Below the pieces are notes generated by a model, which was given only the letters and a program-made list of their open reading frames with translations, searched no databases and was not told where the DNA came from. A stretch of DNA of 64,000 bases from Malacoraja senta (lineage: Eukaryota), in contig CM075998.1 of the NCBI GenBank assembly GCA_038087875.1, positions 6,698,001 through 6,762,000 of the forward strand, given 5' to 3'. The position numbers were made by a program, and so were the translations under genes. Each line of letters opens with the position of its first letter. The first letter of the stretch is position 1. Shown here piece after piece: positions 49,560 to 60,494 of the stretch.

Positions 49560-50764
49560 TACTTCTGGGGTATGAAATGAAGCAAATGGCGCCTTGTGTC
49601 TGTGGGCAAGCATTTGCAGAGGATCATGACAATATATTTTTTAAAAGGGTGAGGTGCAATCACGTGCAAAAATACAACTGGTGGACAAGGGTCTGGGCCA
49701 GTTCTGAAATAATTCAAGATGTTCAGACACAATAGATATTACCATAATGTGGAGAGAAAGGCAATTCAAAGCTGCATGCCTACAGCTATAGAGATCAAAA
49801 TGGCAGCAGAAAGTAGATTCTTGGTAACTCGGCTCCAAATTCCGGGAATTTCTAGTGACACTGCCAGCTGGACAGAATTGGCATGAGAACCATTAATATT
49901 CATATATATTAATGAGCAGGATAGTAACAACCTTGAAAGCGTACATACTGGTAAGATGAGCAGACACAAACTAAATGTAATAGTGAATTATGATGTGAAG
50001 TACTTTGGTAGGAAGAATAAGGAAATGTGAATCAAATGAAATTTTGCCTGCAGTGCTAATCAATTCATGGGAATAATTCTGGGAGGTACCTGGTAAAGTC
50101 CTCACAATATCAAAGATAAAGAAAGACATGCGTGCAAGCCTCCTCCTGACACGGGTACAATTTGAAAGAGGTCACTTACAACATACAACGTTAAGTTTAT
50201 TCTGTAGGAAAAGAACTGCAGATGCTGGTTTATATCGAAGGTAGACACAAAATGCTGGAGTAACTCAGCGGGACAGGCAGTCCCACTTAACCATAATATT
50301 CATGGCTTCTTTGAAAGGTTTGACATGGTGAATCTTTAATGTACCAAAGAACATAGGAAAATCTGGAAAGAATACCTAGAGTCATAGAGCATGAAAACAA
50401 GCCTTTCAACCCAACTTATCCACACCGACCAAGATGCCCAATTACATTAGTCCCACCTGTCTGCGATTGGCCCATGTCCCTCTAAATCTTTCCTATCCAT
50501 GTATCTATCCAAATGTCTTTTACATGAAGGCTCAAATGCAATTGGTGCCTGTGGACAGCCTGTGTAACCATGAAACATCAAATGAACGATTTGACTATCA
50601 ATGTCCCAGGGTGAAAAATGTTTACTGGAATTGTTTAAATGATTCACAGCAAACAATCGTGTTTGCCATCAAACAACAATTGGGACCCTTTGTAGCCACA
50701 TAGAAAGAAGGGTCTGACACTTCCATCTTCTACATTACTGATGAATCTAACAGTCCCCTCTGAA

Positions 50765-51404
50765 AGTCCCCTCCCCGGGTACTTTCCCTTGCAACCGCAA
50801 GAGATGCAACACTTGTCCCTTCACCTCCCCCCTCTACTCCATTCAAGGACCCAAGCAGTCGTTCCAGGTGCGACAGAGGTTCACCTGCATCTCCTCCAAC
50901 CTCATCTATTGCATTCGCTGCTCTAGATGCCAGCTGATCTACATCGGTGAGACCAAGCGGAGGCTTGGCGATCGTTTCGCCGAACACCTCTGGTCGGTCC
51001 GCAATAACCAACCTGACCTCCCAGTGGCTCAGCACTTCAACTCCCCCTCCCATTCCGTATCTGACCTCTCTGTCCTGGGTCTCCTCCATGGCCACAGCGA
51101 GCAACACCGGAAATTGGAGGAAATGCACCTCATATTCCGCTTGGGCAGTCTACATCCTGGGGGCTTGAACATTGAATTCTCCCAATTCTGCTAGCCCTTG
51201 CTGTCCCCTCCCCTTCATCAGCCATCTGGTTGTCTCCTCCCCTCCCCCGGCCCTCGGGCTCCTCATCCGCCTTTTTCCTTTTTTCCTTTCTTCTCCCCAC
51301 CCCCTATCAGTCTGAAGAAGGGTTTCGGCCCGAAACGTTACCTATTTCCTTCGCTCCATAGATGCTGCTGCACCCGCTGAGTTTCTCCAGCATTTTTGTC
51401 TACC
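50765..51404 (+). mobile_element. Penelope-like element, 3' part (GIY-YIG plus terminal repeat)
   Basis: ORF 50868-51194 with LIYCIRC...YIGETKRR; hammerhead at 51312-51339; 14-bp TSD ctacattactgatg at 50730 and 51407. Confidence 0.93.
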
Positions 51405-51485
51405 TGCTACATTACTGATGTCTGGCAGTCACTCCACTCAGCCATCAAACAGTTTCTTCACAAGTTTCCCAAGGACTCCCAGAGT

Positions 51486-51916
51486 CAGGCACGGAAACCG
51501 CTATCAAAACATGGGGGGGGACACAATTTCTTGTCGGCCGCGCGCACACAAGCTTCGGCCGTGGGCCCTGTGGACGGTAACATCGGAAGCTGACCTGGTT
51601 GGTGACCGACTACGAACTCCAGCAACAGCAGCTTCGTCCGCCCCGAATCGTGGGGCTTGAATCGGCCCGTTCGCGGGGGGCCCTTTCATCGGCCGGCGGG
51701 GGCTTCAACATCGGGAGCCTCGATCGCCTTGATGCAGCGGTTTGATTTTAAGCCGCACCGGGCGATGAAAGGTCCCGCGAACGGGCCGATTCAGCCCTTA
51801 GAAAGCGTCTGATAAAGTCCGGATTACAAAACATGGGGGGGGTTGTCACCCACCTCTCAAAGCAGGGGGGGACGTGTCCCTTCTGTTCCTCCCCCCCCCC
51901 AGGATTTCCACCTATG
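51486..51916. mobile_element. hAT-like MITE, GC-rich
   Basis: 8-bp TSD cccagagt / cccagcgt; imperfect TIRs caggcacggaaacc / ggatttccacctatg; internal ~30-bp inverted repeat. Confidence 0.7.
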
Positions 51917-52710
51917 CCCAGCGTAATCTGGCAAAGAAATGAAGTGCCTTGGCAAGTTTTCCCATGTTGAAACTAGTTGTTGAAATGCTTTAACCAGTTC
52001 TCAAATTCCAACTTTAAGAGCTTTTCATCTGGACATTGTTTTACTGACCTTGGCCTCTCAAATTGTTCAAGGAAACACACACAGAATGAGTTTGTTTTAT
52101 TGTCAAGGGTAGAGGGAGAGTTGTAATGGTACTTGTCAAAGGAACCAGAAATAAGCTGCTCTGTTCTGAAGGAACCATCTCCGTGTATTTCCAAGCGACT
52201 GTACCTCATTCCTTTAAATGGAGCATGGAGATAAGGTCTTGTTTACTCTTGGGAACGTCTCACACAGAGTTGCTGATTATTTTCTGTGGGAGAGCCTCAC
52301 ACCAGCTCTTGCCATTGGTACGGTTCTTGTTGCCGGACTGCACAAGGCAGCCTCGGGAAATCTCTGACATTGACGTCACGTTAGAATGGGAGCCTTCTGT
52401 GTTGGTAAACTGGTGACTGCTCTGGTCTCTGTATTGTGACCAGTGCTTCTTCAAAGCAGTTTGTACCTGAAGGGCAAGGGTTGTGTTAATGGAAGGATAT
52501 CTCACTGGCAACATCCTAGGCTATACCTAGCGTTCTCAGCTAAACTTCCCAGGGATTCCCAAATACCATAATCATACTCTCTTTTCCCATTCGGGTCTCG
52601 CAGTGTTGGAGTGGATGCCCCTCTTAGTCACTTCCTAGAGGAGAGGAAAATGAAAAACATGCAAAGAACCTGCCCAAAATAACAATATGAAGGAGAAACA
52701 ATATCAAGAT

Positions 52711-53019
52711 GGGCATCACGGTGGCGCAGCGGTAGAGTTACTGCCTCACCGCGCCACAGACCCGAGCTCAATCCTGACTACGGGTGCTGTCTGTACGGAG
52801 TTTGTACGTTCTCCCCATGACCTGCATGGGTTTTCTCCGGGTGCTCCAGTTTCCCCCCACACTCCAAAGATGTATAGGTTTTGAGGTTAATTGGTTTGGT
52901 ATAATTGTAAATTGTCCCTAATGTGAAGGATAGTGTTAGTGTACAGGGAGTGTGGTCGGCACGGACCCGGTGGGCCAAAGGACCTGTTTCCGCGCTGTAT
53001 CTCTAAACTAGACTAAACT
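52711..53019 (+). mobile_element. HE1-like V-SINE, full length
   Basis: A-box-like tggcgcagcgg, B-box-like gagctcaatcc, central domain, CR1-like tail and taaac repeats. Confidence 0.85.
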
Positions 53020-54796
53020 GATGGTGGGAACAGGAGACCCACCCTGCTCCTGTTCAGGAGCGATGAAGCTCCTCTGGGGAATCAGGCTTCTGCAGTTGGT
53101 CTCCCAAATAATTGTTGATAGTGAGCTGCGCTAGCACTTTGGCCGTAGAATTCAGTGATTTTAGTGAACAAGAGAAAAACACAGACATCCCCCTTCCCCC
53201 AAAAAATCATGAGGAGTGGTTTTGGAAAGAAAAAGGTTTGCACTGGGAAGAACTCTTAGAGGGCCAAGACAAGCTCCCAGCAATGAGCGTAATTGTTTCA
53301 AAGTCATGCTCACCTCTCCATTAAAGAAGCAGAATATCAGTGTCACCAGAAAACCCTGCAAAACAAAGCAGTATTTGTCATATAGATGTGGTGGGTGCAA
53401 CTAACTGACTGGACATCTTGGAGCAACCTCTTTGAAATGGTTTCAAATAATTGATCAGCAAGAATAAAGAATCTTTGCATGTGAATTGGTCATTTAATAA
53501 ACGGTATTTTCACAAGCAATCCACGAGTTGTAACATGCTCTGAGACATGCGGAAAACTCCTGGATGAGAAAAGACCAATGTCCACCTGGTCAATCTTTTA
53601 TAAGCCTACTAATGCATGATGCAATTATAAGAGGTAAGATGTTAATGGACACTCTTCCTTGCATTGTTCACCCTGGTGTTGAGTACAGGGCATAGTTTAA
53701 TACTGTGGCATGACCAATGTCATAGATGGGAGCAGGAGCTAATGCTCAGTCCATTCATTCGCTACCTCCTTTAGCAGACTTGCTGCTTCATGCATCTCTG
53801 GGTTACGACCAATCTAGAATATCTCACTTGGCTAGGAATGCCATGACCTTCTAATTTACTTCAGCACTTTGCGTCCTTTTGTGTAAACCAGCATCTGAAG
53901 TCCCTTGTTTCTACACTAGGATGTACAGGTATTGTGCAGAGGGTGAAAGCCCCATTTAAAACAATTACTGAGCACAGTGCTTCATTTGACCTGTTGTGAG
54001 GTTTCAATGGCTACTCTCCAGCTGGAAGATCACAGGTGGAAACACACAAGAAATACAGACCTGCATTGCAACACTCTGTTTGCCTTATAGTCTGCTTCCA
54101 TCTCATACCATACCACTTCCTTCTCTGGTAAATATCCAACTTTCACTTCCTTATACATCTTGTTCCTCTTTTCTACTTCTATATGTTGTTGCCCAATTCT
54201 CTTGCCAATTTTGTGCCAGCCCTTTTGAAGAGGTGCCTCCTGCCACATAATTAGTAATGTGGCAACAATCGGAAGTTCTTCCTCTTGCGCCATGCATCAA
54301 GCCAAGCGTTGATCCTCCTTACCTTCGACTGTCACCAGTGGCAGGGCACTGGGAGTGATGCAGAGATCAACATTTTCAAAATGCTACTTTTTAACTTCTA
54401 CTCTTGCTCCTGAATGACTAGAAGATCTCAATAGCTGTTCCTTCTCTCATTGATATCACGCCTACCACATCCGTTCTGTACCCACTCCATGATGTCCTTT
54501 AGGGACAGAGGGGAAGGTGTGGGGGCGGCAACACCATGCAGGTTTCACAATGACAAACTTCCTGACAATCTCCTTTAATGGTGTCTTTGTTGCTTTGCTG
54601 CTCCTCCTGTGCAATCCCCGGTCCATTGATGCCATTGTCTGGATTGTACTACTTCAAACACTTCATCACTCCATAGTAGACACCAATATTAACTATGGTT
54701 TGTGAGTGATAGAATGTGAAGACTCCTGGATTCGATGCCTTCCAGCTGGCCACTTCATGGAACATACGATTCTGGAAACTCTCGGCCTCAAGTGCC

Positions 54797-55098
54797 TCAT
54801 GTTCCCAATGTTGGGCGAGTCCAGAACCAGGGGGCCACAGTCTTAGAATAAAGGGGAGGCCATTTAGGACTGAGGTGAGCAAAAACTTTTTCACCCAGAG
54901 AGTTGTGAATTTGTGGAGTCAAGGGATATGGGGAGAAGGCAGTCAAGGGATATGGGGAGAAGGCAGTCAAGGGATATGGGGAGAAGGCAGGCACGGGTTA
55001 TTGATAGGGGACGATCAGCCATGATCACAATGAATGGCGGTGCTGGCTCGAAGGGCCGAATGGCCTCCTCCTGCACCTATTTTCTATGTTTCTATGAC
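54797..55098 (+). mobile_element. CR1 3' fragment containing a 3 x 24-bp tandem duplication (54917-54988)
   Basis: agtcaagggatatggggagaaggc occurs three times, replacing an internal segment. Confidence 0.9.
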
Positions 55099-55282
55099 TC
55101 CATCTTCCCTTCACACCCACAATTCCCCAAGTTTGGGATCAAACAACTGGCGAAGCTTCTTACACAAACAGTCCTCCAAGATGTCTAAAGTGCCTTCCAA
55201 TTCCCACAGGGTGCAAGAAGTGGAAGCAATAGGTCTCGTTGTTCATTCATAATTTGAAAAAATATCTATTCATTCAAGACAG

Positions 55283-55443
55283 TTAGATTTAGCTCTTAGG
55301 GTGAAGGGAATCAAGGGAAATGGGGAGAAGGCAGGAACGGGGTACTGATTGTGGATGATCAGCCATGATCATATTGAATGGTGGTGCAGGCTCGAAGGGC
55401 CAAATGACCTATTCCTGCACCTATTTTTTATGTTTCTATGTTT
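55283..55443 (+). mobile_element. CR1 3' end fragment
   Basis: ggggagaaggcaggaacggggtactga...ttctatg tail. Confidence 0.8.
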
Positions 55444-55584
55444 CATTTTTTTTGAAGCTAGATCATTTCAACTTAATTTTCATTCACGTCTCTGCACCTT
55501 AGCTCTCTGCTCTTGCAGTCTCTCAGACCCTCCTTATTTAAAAAAATACAAAAATGCCGCGTCTTCTCTGAGCAATTAAATCCC

Positions 55585-55971
55585 TGTAGATCAGTGTCAC
55601 TCATGTTGAGTCATACTTTGTAGCTACGCCCACTAGCTTAACTGGAGCCTCCCTGCCATGTTCCCACACTCTTAGATAAACGTTCTAGCATGAAGTTACC
55701 GATGCTGTAACGTTATACTTAAGAGGGATGCTATATTTAAGAGGGAGTTAGATGTGGCCCTTGTGGCTAAAGGGATCAGGGGGTATGGAGAGAAGGCAGG
55801 TACAGGATACTGAGTTGGATGATCAACCATGATCATATTGAAGGGCGGTGCAGGCTCGAAGGGCCGAATGGCCTACTCCTGCACCTATTTTCTATGTTTC
55901 TATGTTAATAAAGTCTTTGGACCTTTATCACGGTGTAAGACTTCTGGTATTTAAACAGCAGAATCACAACA
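55585..55971 (+). repeat. Gypsy 5' LTR (carrying a CR1 3' fragment at about 55718-55905)
   Basis: tgtagatcagtgtcactcatgtt...aataaa...cacaaca, followed by the PBS. Confidence 0.9.
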
Positions 55972-56051
55972 TGGTGTCAGAGTATACGGACTCACTCCTT
56001 GCTTAATTGCACTGTTTTTATTTTAGTTTATTTTCTTTCAACTGTATTGCA

Positions 56052-56830
56052 ATGTCTTCTTCTCTCAGACAACCAGAGATCCTGGTATTTGGTGAGGATC
56101 TTGCAGAACGGTGGCGTGTATTTGAAGAAGATTTCTCAATCTACATTGATGCGGCTCACCTTACTGCTGTTCCCGGTGCTCGAGCGTCAATTATTCTTAA
56201 TCTGGCAGGCACAGAAGCTGCTCGTCGTGCCAGAAGATTTCACTATGAACCGGCTAGACTTGACCAGGCTGCTGTCCAGATCGCTCCTGCTGAATCTATT
56301 CGAGACCCTGACTGCCTACTGCGCAAATTCCGACAGTTATGTGAGTTACGTACCAACTTAGTTATTGAGCGGCATCTGTTTTTTTCACGGTGCCAGAGAC
56401 AGGGAGAACCTGTGGAGTTGTATGTCAGTGCACTGAAGCACATCGCCAGTCGGTGCGATTTTAGAGATATATGTGACCGTCTTGTTCATGGCGTCCGCAA
56501 TGATAAATTACACGATGAGTTACTGCGGGATGCTGACCTTACTCTAGAGACGGCTGAAAACTGATGTCGCATCCTGAAATGGCTGACGCTCACATCAAAG
56601 TCTTGGGACACTGCTGCTCGTGAAATTAATGCTGCCGGTGTGTCTTATCAAATCTCTCCTCGTTTTCCTCAAGTGCCTGATGCCAAGTTGAGATTGATGG
56701 ACAATTGTTTTAACTGTGGGGGTTCACATGCTGCTGTTCGTGACCGTTGCCCTGCGTATGGAAAATTATGTCGATTTTGCAACAAAAGAAACCATTTCCT
56801 TAAATCCTGTCTTTCACGTCTTTCACAAGG
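56052..56830 (+). pseudogene. Gypsy gag remnant
   Basis: ERWRVFEEDF, ERHLFFSRCQRQGEPVELYV, and zinc knuckles CFNCGGSH...C and CRFCNKRNHF..C; stop at 56562. Confidence 0.88.
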
Positions 56831-58873
56831 GAGAACCATGGCTGACAAGGGACGTTTGGGACTGTATAAAAATTAAAGCGAAGAAGTACAACGTAGCAAA
56901 GATGAGCGGGAAGCAAGAGGATTGGGTAATGTTTAAAGAACAACAGAAGATAACTAAAAAGACAATACGGGAAGAAAAGATGAGGTACGAAGGTAAGCTA
57001 GCCAAGAATATAAAGCAGGATAGTAAAAGCTTCTTTAGGTAGGTGAAGAGAAAAAAATTAGTTAAGACCAAAGTTGGACCCTTGAAGACCGAAAAAGGTG
57101 AATTTATTATGGGGAACAAGGAAATGGCAGATGAGTTGAACAGGTACTTTGGATCTGTCTTCACTAAGGAGGACACAAACAATCTTCCTGATATAGTAGT
57201 GGCCAGAGGATCTGGGGTGACGGAGGAACTGAAGGAAATCCGCATTAGGCAGGAAATGGTGTTGGATAGACTGATGGGAATGAAGGCTGCTAAATCCCCA
57301 GGGCCTGATGGTCTGCATCCCAGGGTACTTAAGGAAGAGGCTCGAGAAATCGTGGATGCATTGGTGATAATTTTCCAATGTTCTATAGACTCAGGATCAG
57401 TTCCTGTGGATTGGAGGGTAGCTAATGTTATCCCACTTTTTAAGAAAGGCGGGAGAGAGAAAACAGGGAATTATAGTCAAGTTAGCCTGACATCGGTGGT
57501 GGGGAAGATGCTGGAGTCAATTATAAAAGATGAAATAGCCACACATTTGGATAGCAGTAACAGGATCGGTCCGAGTCAGCATGGATTTACGAAGGGGAAA
57601 TCATGCTTGACTAATCTTCTGGAATTTTTTGAAGATGTAACTAGGAAAATGGACAAGGGAGAGCCAGTGGATGTAGTGTACCTGGACTTTCAGAAAGCAT
57701 TTGATAAGGTCCCACATAGGAGATTAGTGGGCAAAATTAGGGCACATGGTATTGGGGGTAGAGTGCTGACATGGATAGAGAAGTGGTTGGCAGATAGGAA
57801 ACAAAGAGTAGGGATTAACGGGTCCCTTTCAGAATGGCAGGCAGTGACTAGTGGGGTACCGCAATGCTCGGTGCTGGGACCGCAGCTATTTACAATATAC
57901 ATCAATGATTTGGATGAAGGGATTCAAAGTAACATTAGCAAATTTGCAGATGACACAAAGCTGGGTGGCAGTGTGAACTGTGAGGAGGATGCTATGAGAA
58001 TGCAGGGTGACTTGGACAGGTTGGGTGAGTGGGCAGATGCATGGCAGATGAAGTTTAATGTGGATAAATGTGAGGTTATCCACTTTGGTAGCAAAAACAG
58101 GAAGGCAGATTACTATCTAAATGGCGTCAAGTTGGGAAAAGGGGATGTACAACGGGATCTGGGGGTCCTTGTACATCAGTCTATGAAAGTAAGTAAGCAG
58201 GTACAGCAGGCAGTGAAGAAAGCGAATGGCATGTTGGCCTTTATAACAAGAGGAATCAAATATAGGAGCGAGGAGGTCCTTCTGCAGTTGTACAGAGCCC
58301 TAGTGAGACCACACCTGGAGTATTGTGTGCAGTTTTGGTCCCCTAATTTGAGGAAGGACATTCTTGCTATTGAGGGAGTGCAGCGTAGGTTTACAAGGTT
58401 AATTCCTGGGATGGCGGGACTTTCATATGCTGAGAGAATGGAGCAGCTGGGCTTGTACACTCTGGAGTTTAGAAGGATGAGAGGGTATCTCATTGAAACA
58501 TGTAAGATTATTAAGGGTTTGGACACGCTAGAGGCAGGAAACATGTTCCCGATGTTGGGGGAGTCCAGAACCAGGGGCCACAGTTTAAGAATAAGGAGTA
58601 AGCCATTTAGAATGGAGACGAGGAAACACTTTTTCTCACAGAGAGCGGTGAGTCTGTGGAATTCTCTGCCTCAGAGGGCGGTGGAGGCAGGTTCTCTGGA
58701 TACTTTCAAGAGAGAGCTAGATCGGGCATTTAAAAATAGCGGAGTCAGGGGATATGGGGAGAAGGCAGGAACGGGGTACTGATTGTGGATGATCAGCCAT
58801 GATCACAATGAATCATGGCTGATCATCACCAATCAAATGGCCTACTCCTGCACCTATTGTCTATTGTCTATTG
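56831..58873 (+). mobile_element. CR1 LINE nested in Gypsy, RT region open (57043-58782)
   Basis: 579-codon ORF with YLDFQKAFDKV and FADD; (ctattgt)n tail. Confidence 0.97.
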
Positions 58874-60494
58874 TAACAACAGAGTTCAAACAAGACAATC
58901 TGTTAATTCATTTGGCCGTGAAAACTCCTCAGAATCCTCACAACCAGCTCCCATGGATTTACAGGCTGATGGCGAATGTTTTGACTTTGATGTACATGCC
59001 TTAACTGAGTTAAGGCATAAACAACTAGATCCCAAGGTCGCTTTGCTCGTTAATGGCAAGACTCTTTATCTGAAATTGGATTCAGGGGCCAGGTGCAACA
59101 TTATTTGCCTGGCTGTGTTCCAAAAGTTACGAAAAACAGAGATTGTTATTCCAACGGCTGCCTCCCTTGTCCTATTTGCAGGAGGTCGAGTGCACCCTAT
59201 CGGTCAAGTTGACGTACGCTGCTGTCTTAACTCACGTGTCCATGAGCTGAGTTTCCATGTGGTTCGTGAGGATGTGCCGTCTCTACTGGGTGTCAACGCA
59301 TGTCAAAACATGGATCTTATCTCTTTCAGCCCTTCCGTTTGTCATCTGACTACAGCCTGTGACATTAGCCAACAAATCCTGACACAATACAAGGTTTTGT
59401 CTGACGATAAGCTGGGCAGGTTGCCTGTCAGGTACACGATTACCATTGACCCTGAGGTGATTCCAGTTGTTCGTCCAGCTCATAAGATTGCCCATGCTAT
59501 GCGGAGTGAACTTAACAGAATGGTGTCTCTTGGTGTGATTGCTCCCGTCACTGACCCCTCGGATTGGGTCTCCACCATGGTTGTGGCTACGAAGAAGAAT
59601 AAAGACGAAATACGGATTTACATCAACCCCAAGGACTTAAACACAGCAATTAAACAACCTCACTATCCCATGCGCACTGTGGACGAGATCGCAGCCAGAT
59701 GGCTGAGGCAACCGTATTCACGGTGCTAGATGCCAAGAGTTCATTCTGGCAGATTTCGCTGGAACACAACTCCTCCAAGTTAACCATGTTCAGCACTCCG
59801 TTCAGGTGTTACAGATTTCTTCGTACGCCCTTTGGCATAAGCTCTGCTAGTGAAGTATTTCAACAAGCTATGGAGCAGCTGTTTGTAGGCTACCCATGCT
59901 CCATCGTAGTGGATGACTTCCTCGCCGGATGATGACTTTATCGTAACGGCCGTGTCTTTTATCCCCCTCGTCCTGGATGGAGGACCTGGTTGCCCACATT
60001 GCTGCTGACAGTACTCTACGGTCGCTTACCTCCGTCATTAAGCGCGGCTGGCCAGACAAATACTACAACGTTCCGCTGCCAGTCCGGCCTTTCTTTGCCG
60101 TCCGTGATGAGCTAGTGCTGCAGGATGGCATTGTTTTAAAAGGACACAAGGCTGTGGTCCCTGCTTCGCTGCACAACCAGTATTTTAACGCTGCCCATGC
60201 AGGGCACCCGGGCGCTGAAGCCACTGTCCTACGGGCAAGAAGCATGTTTTACTGGCCTGGCATGGCCGAATACATCACCGAGAATGTGGCGTCCTGTGCA
60301 GTGTGCAACAGCTTGGCACCTCACCAACAAAAGCAACCATTTCTTTCACATCCGGTTCCTGCACTCCTGTGGTCTACAGTGGCAGCTGACATATTTGAGT
60401 GGCATGGCAAGCAGTACCTGGTACTCGTCAATTCGTATTCAGGATGGTTTGACATTGATTTTCTTAGCAGCCCCACTACTCGTGGGGTGGTTTC
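58874..60494 (+). pseudogene. Gypsy pol remnant: protease, partial RT and integrase N-terminus
   Basis: LDSGA protease; LDAKSSFWQI, PFGISSA and VDD in RT; HAGHPG...CAVC zinc finger; ADIF...YSGW. RNase H is missing. Confidence 0.92.

Noticed and set aside
52711..52785. tRNA gene-like sequence
   Set aside because: It is the tRNA-derived head of a SINE, continuous with the SINE body and tail; no complete cloverleaf.
45560..55580. Exons of a neighbouring gene downstream of SPRYD3
   Set aside because: I found no translation with splice signals that I could recognise as a host protein; a TBLASTN or RNA-seq check would be needed to exclude small exons.
56640..57042. Apparent gag-CR1 fusion protein
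   Set aside because: It is a junction created by CR1 insertion; upstream gag has a stop and both frames terminate quickly.
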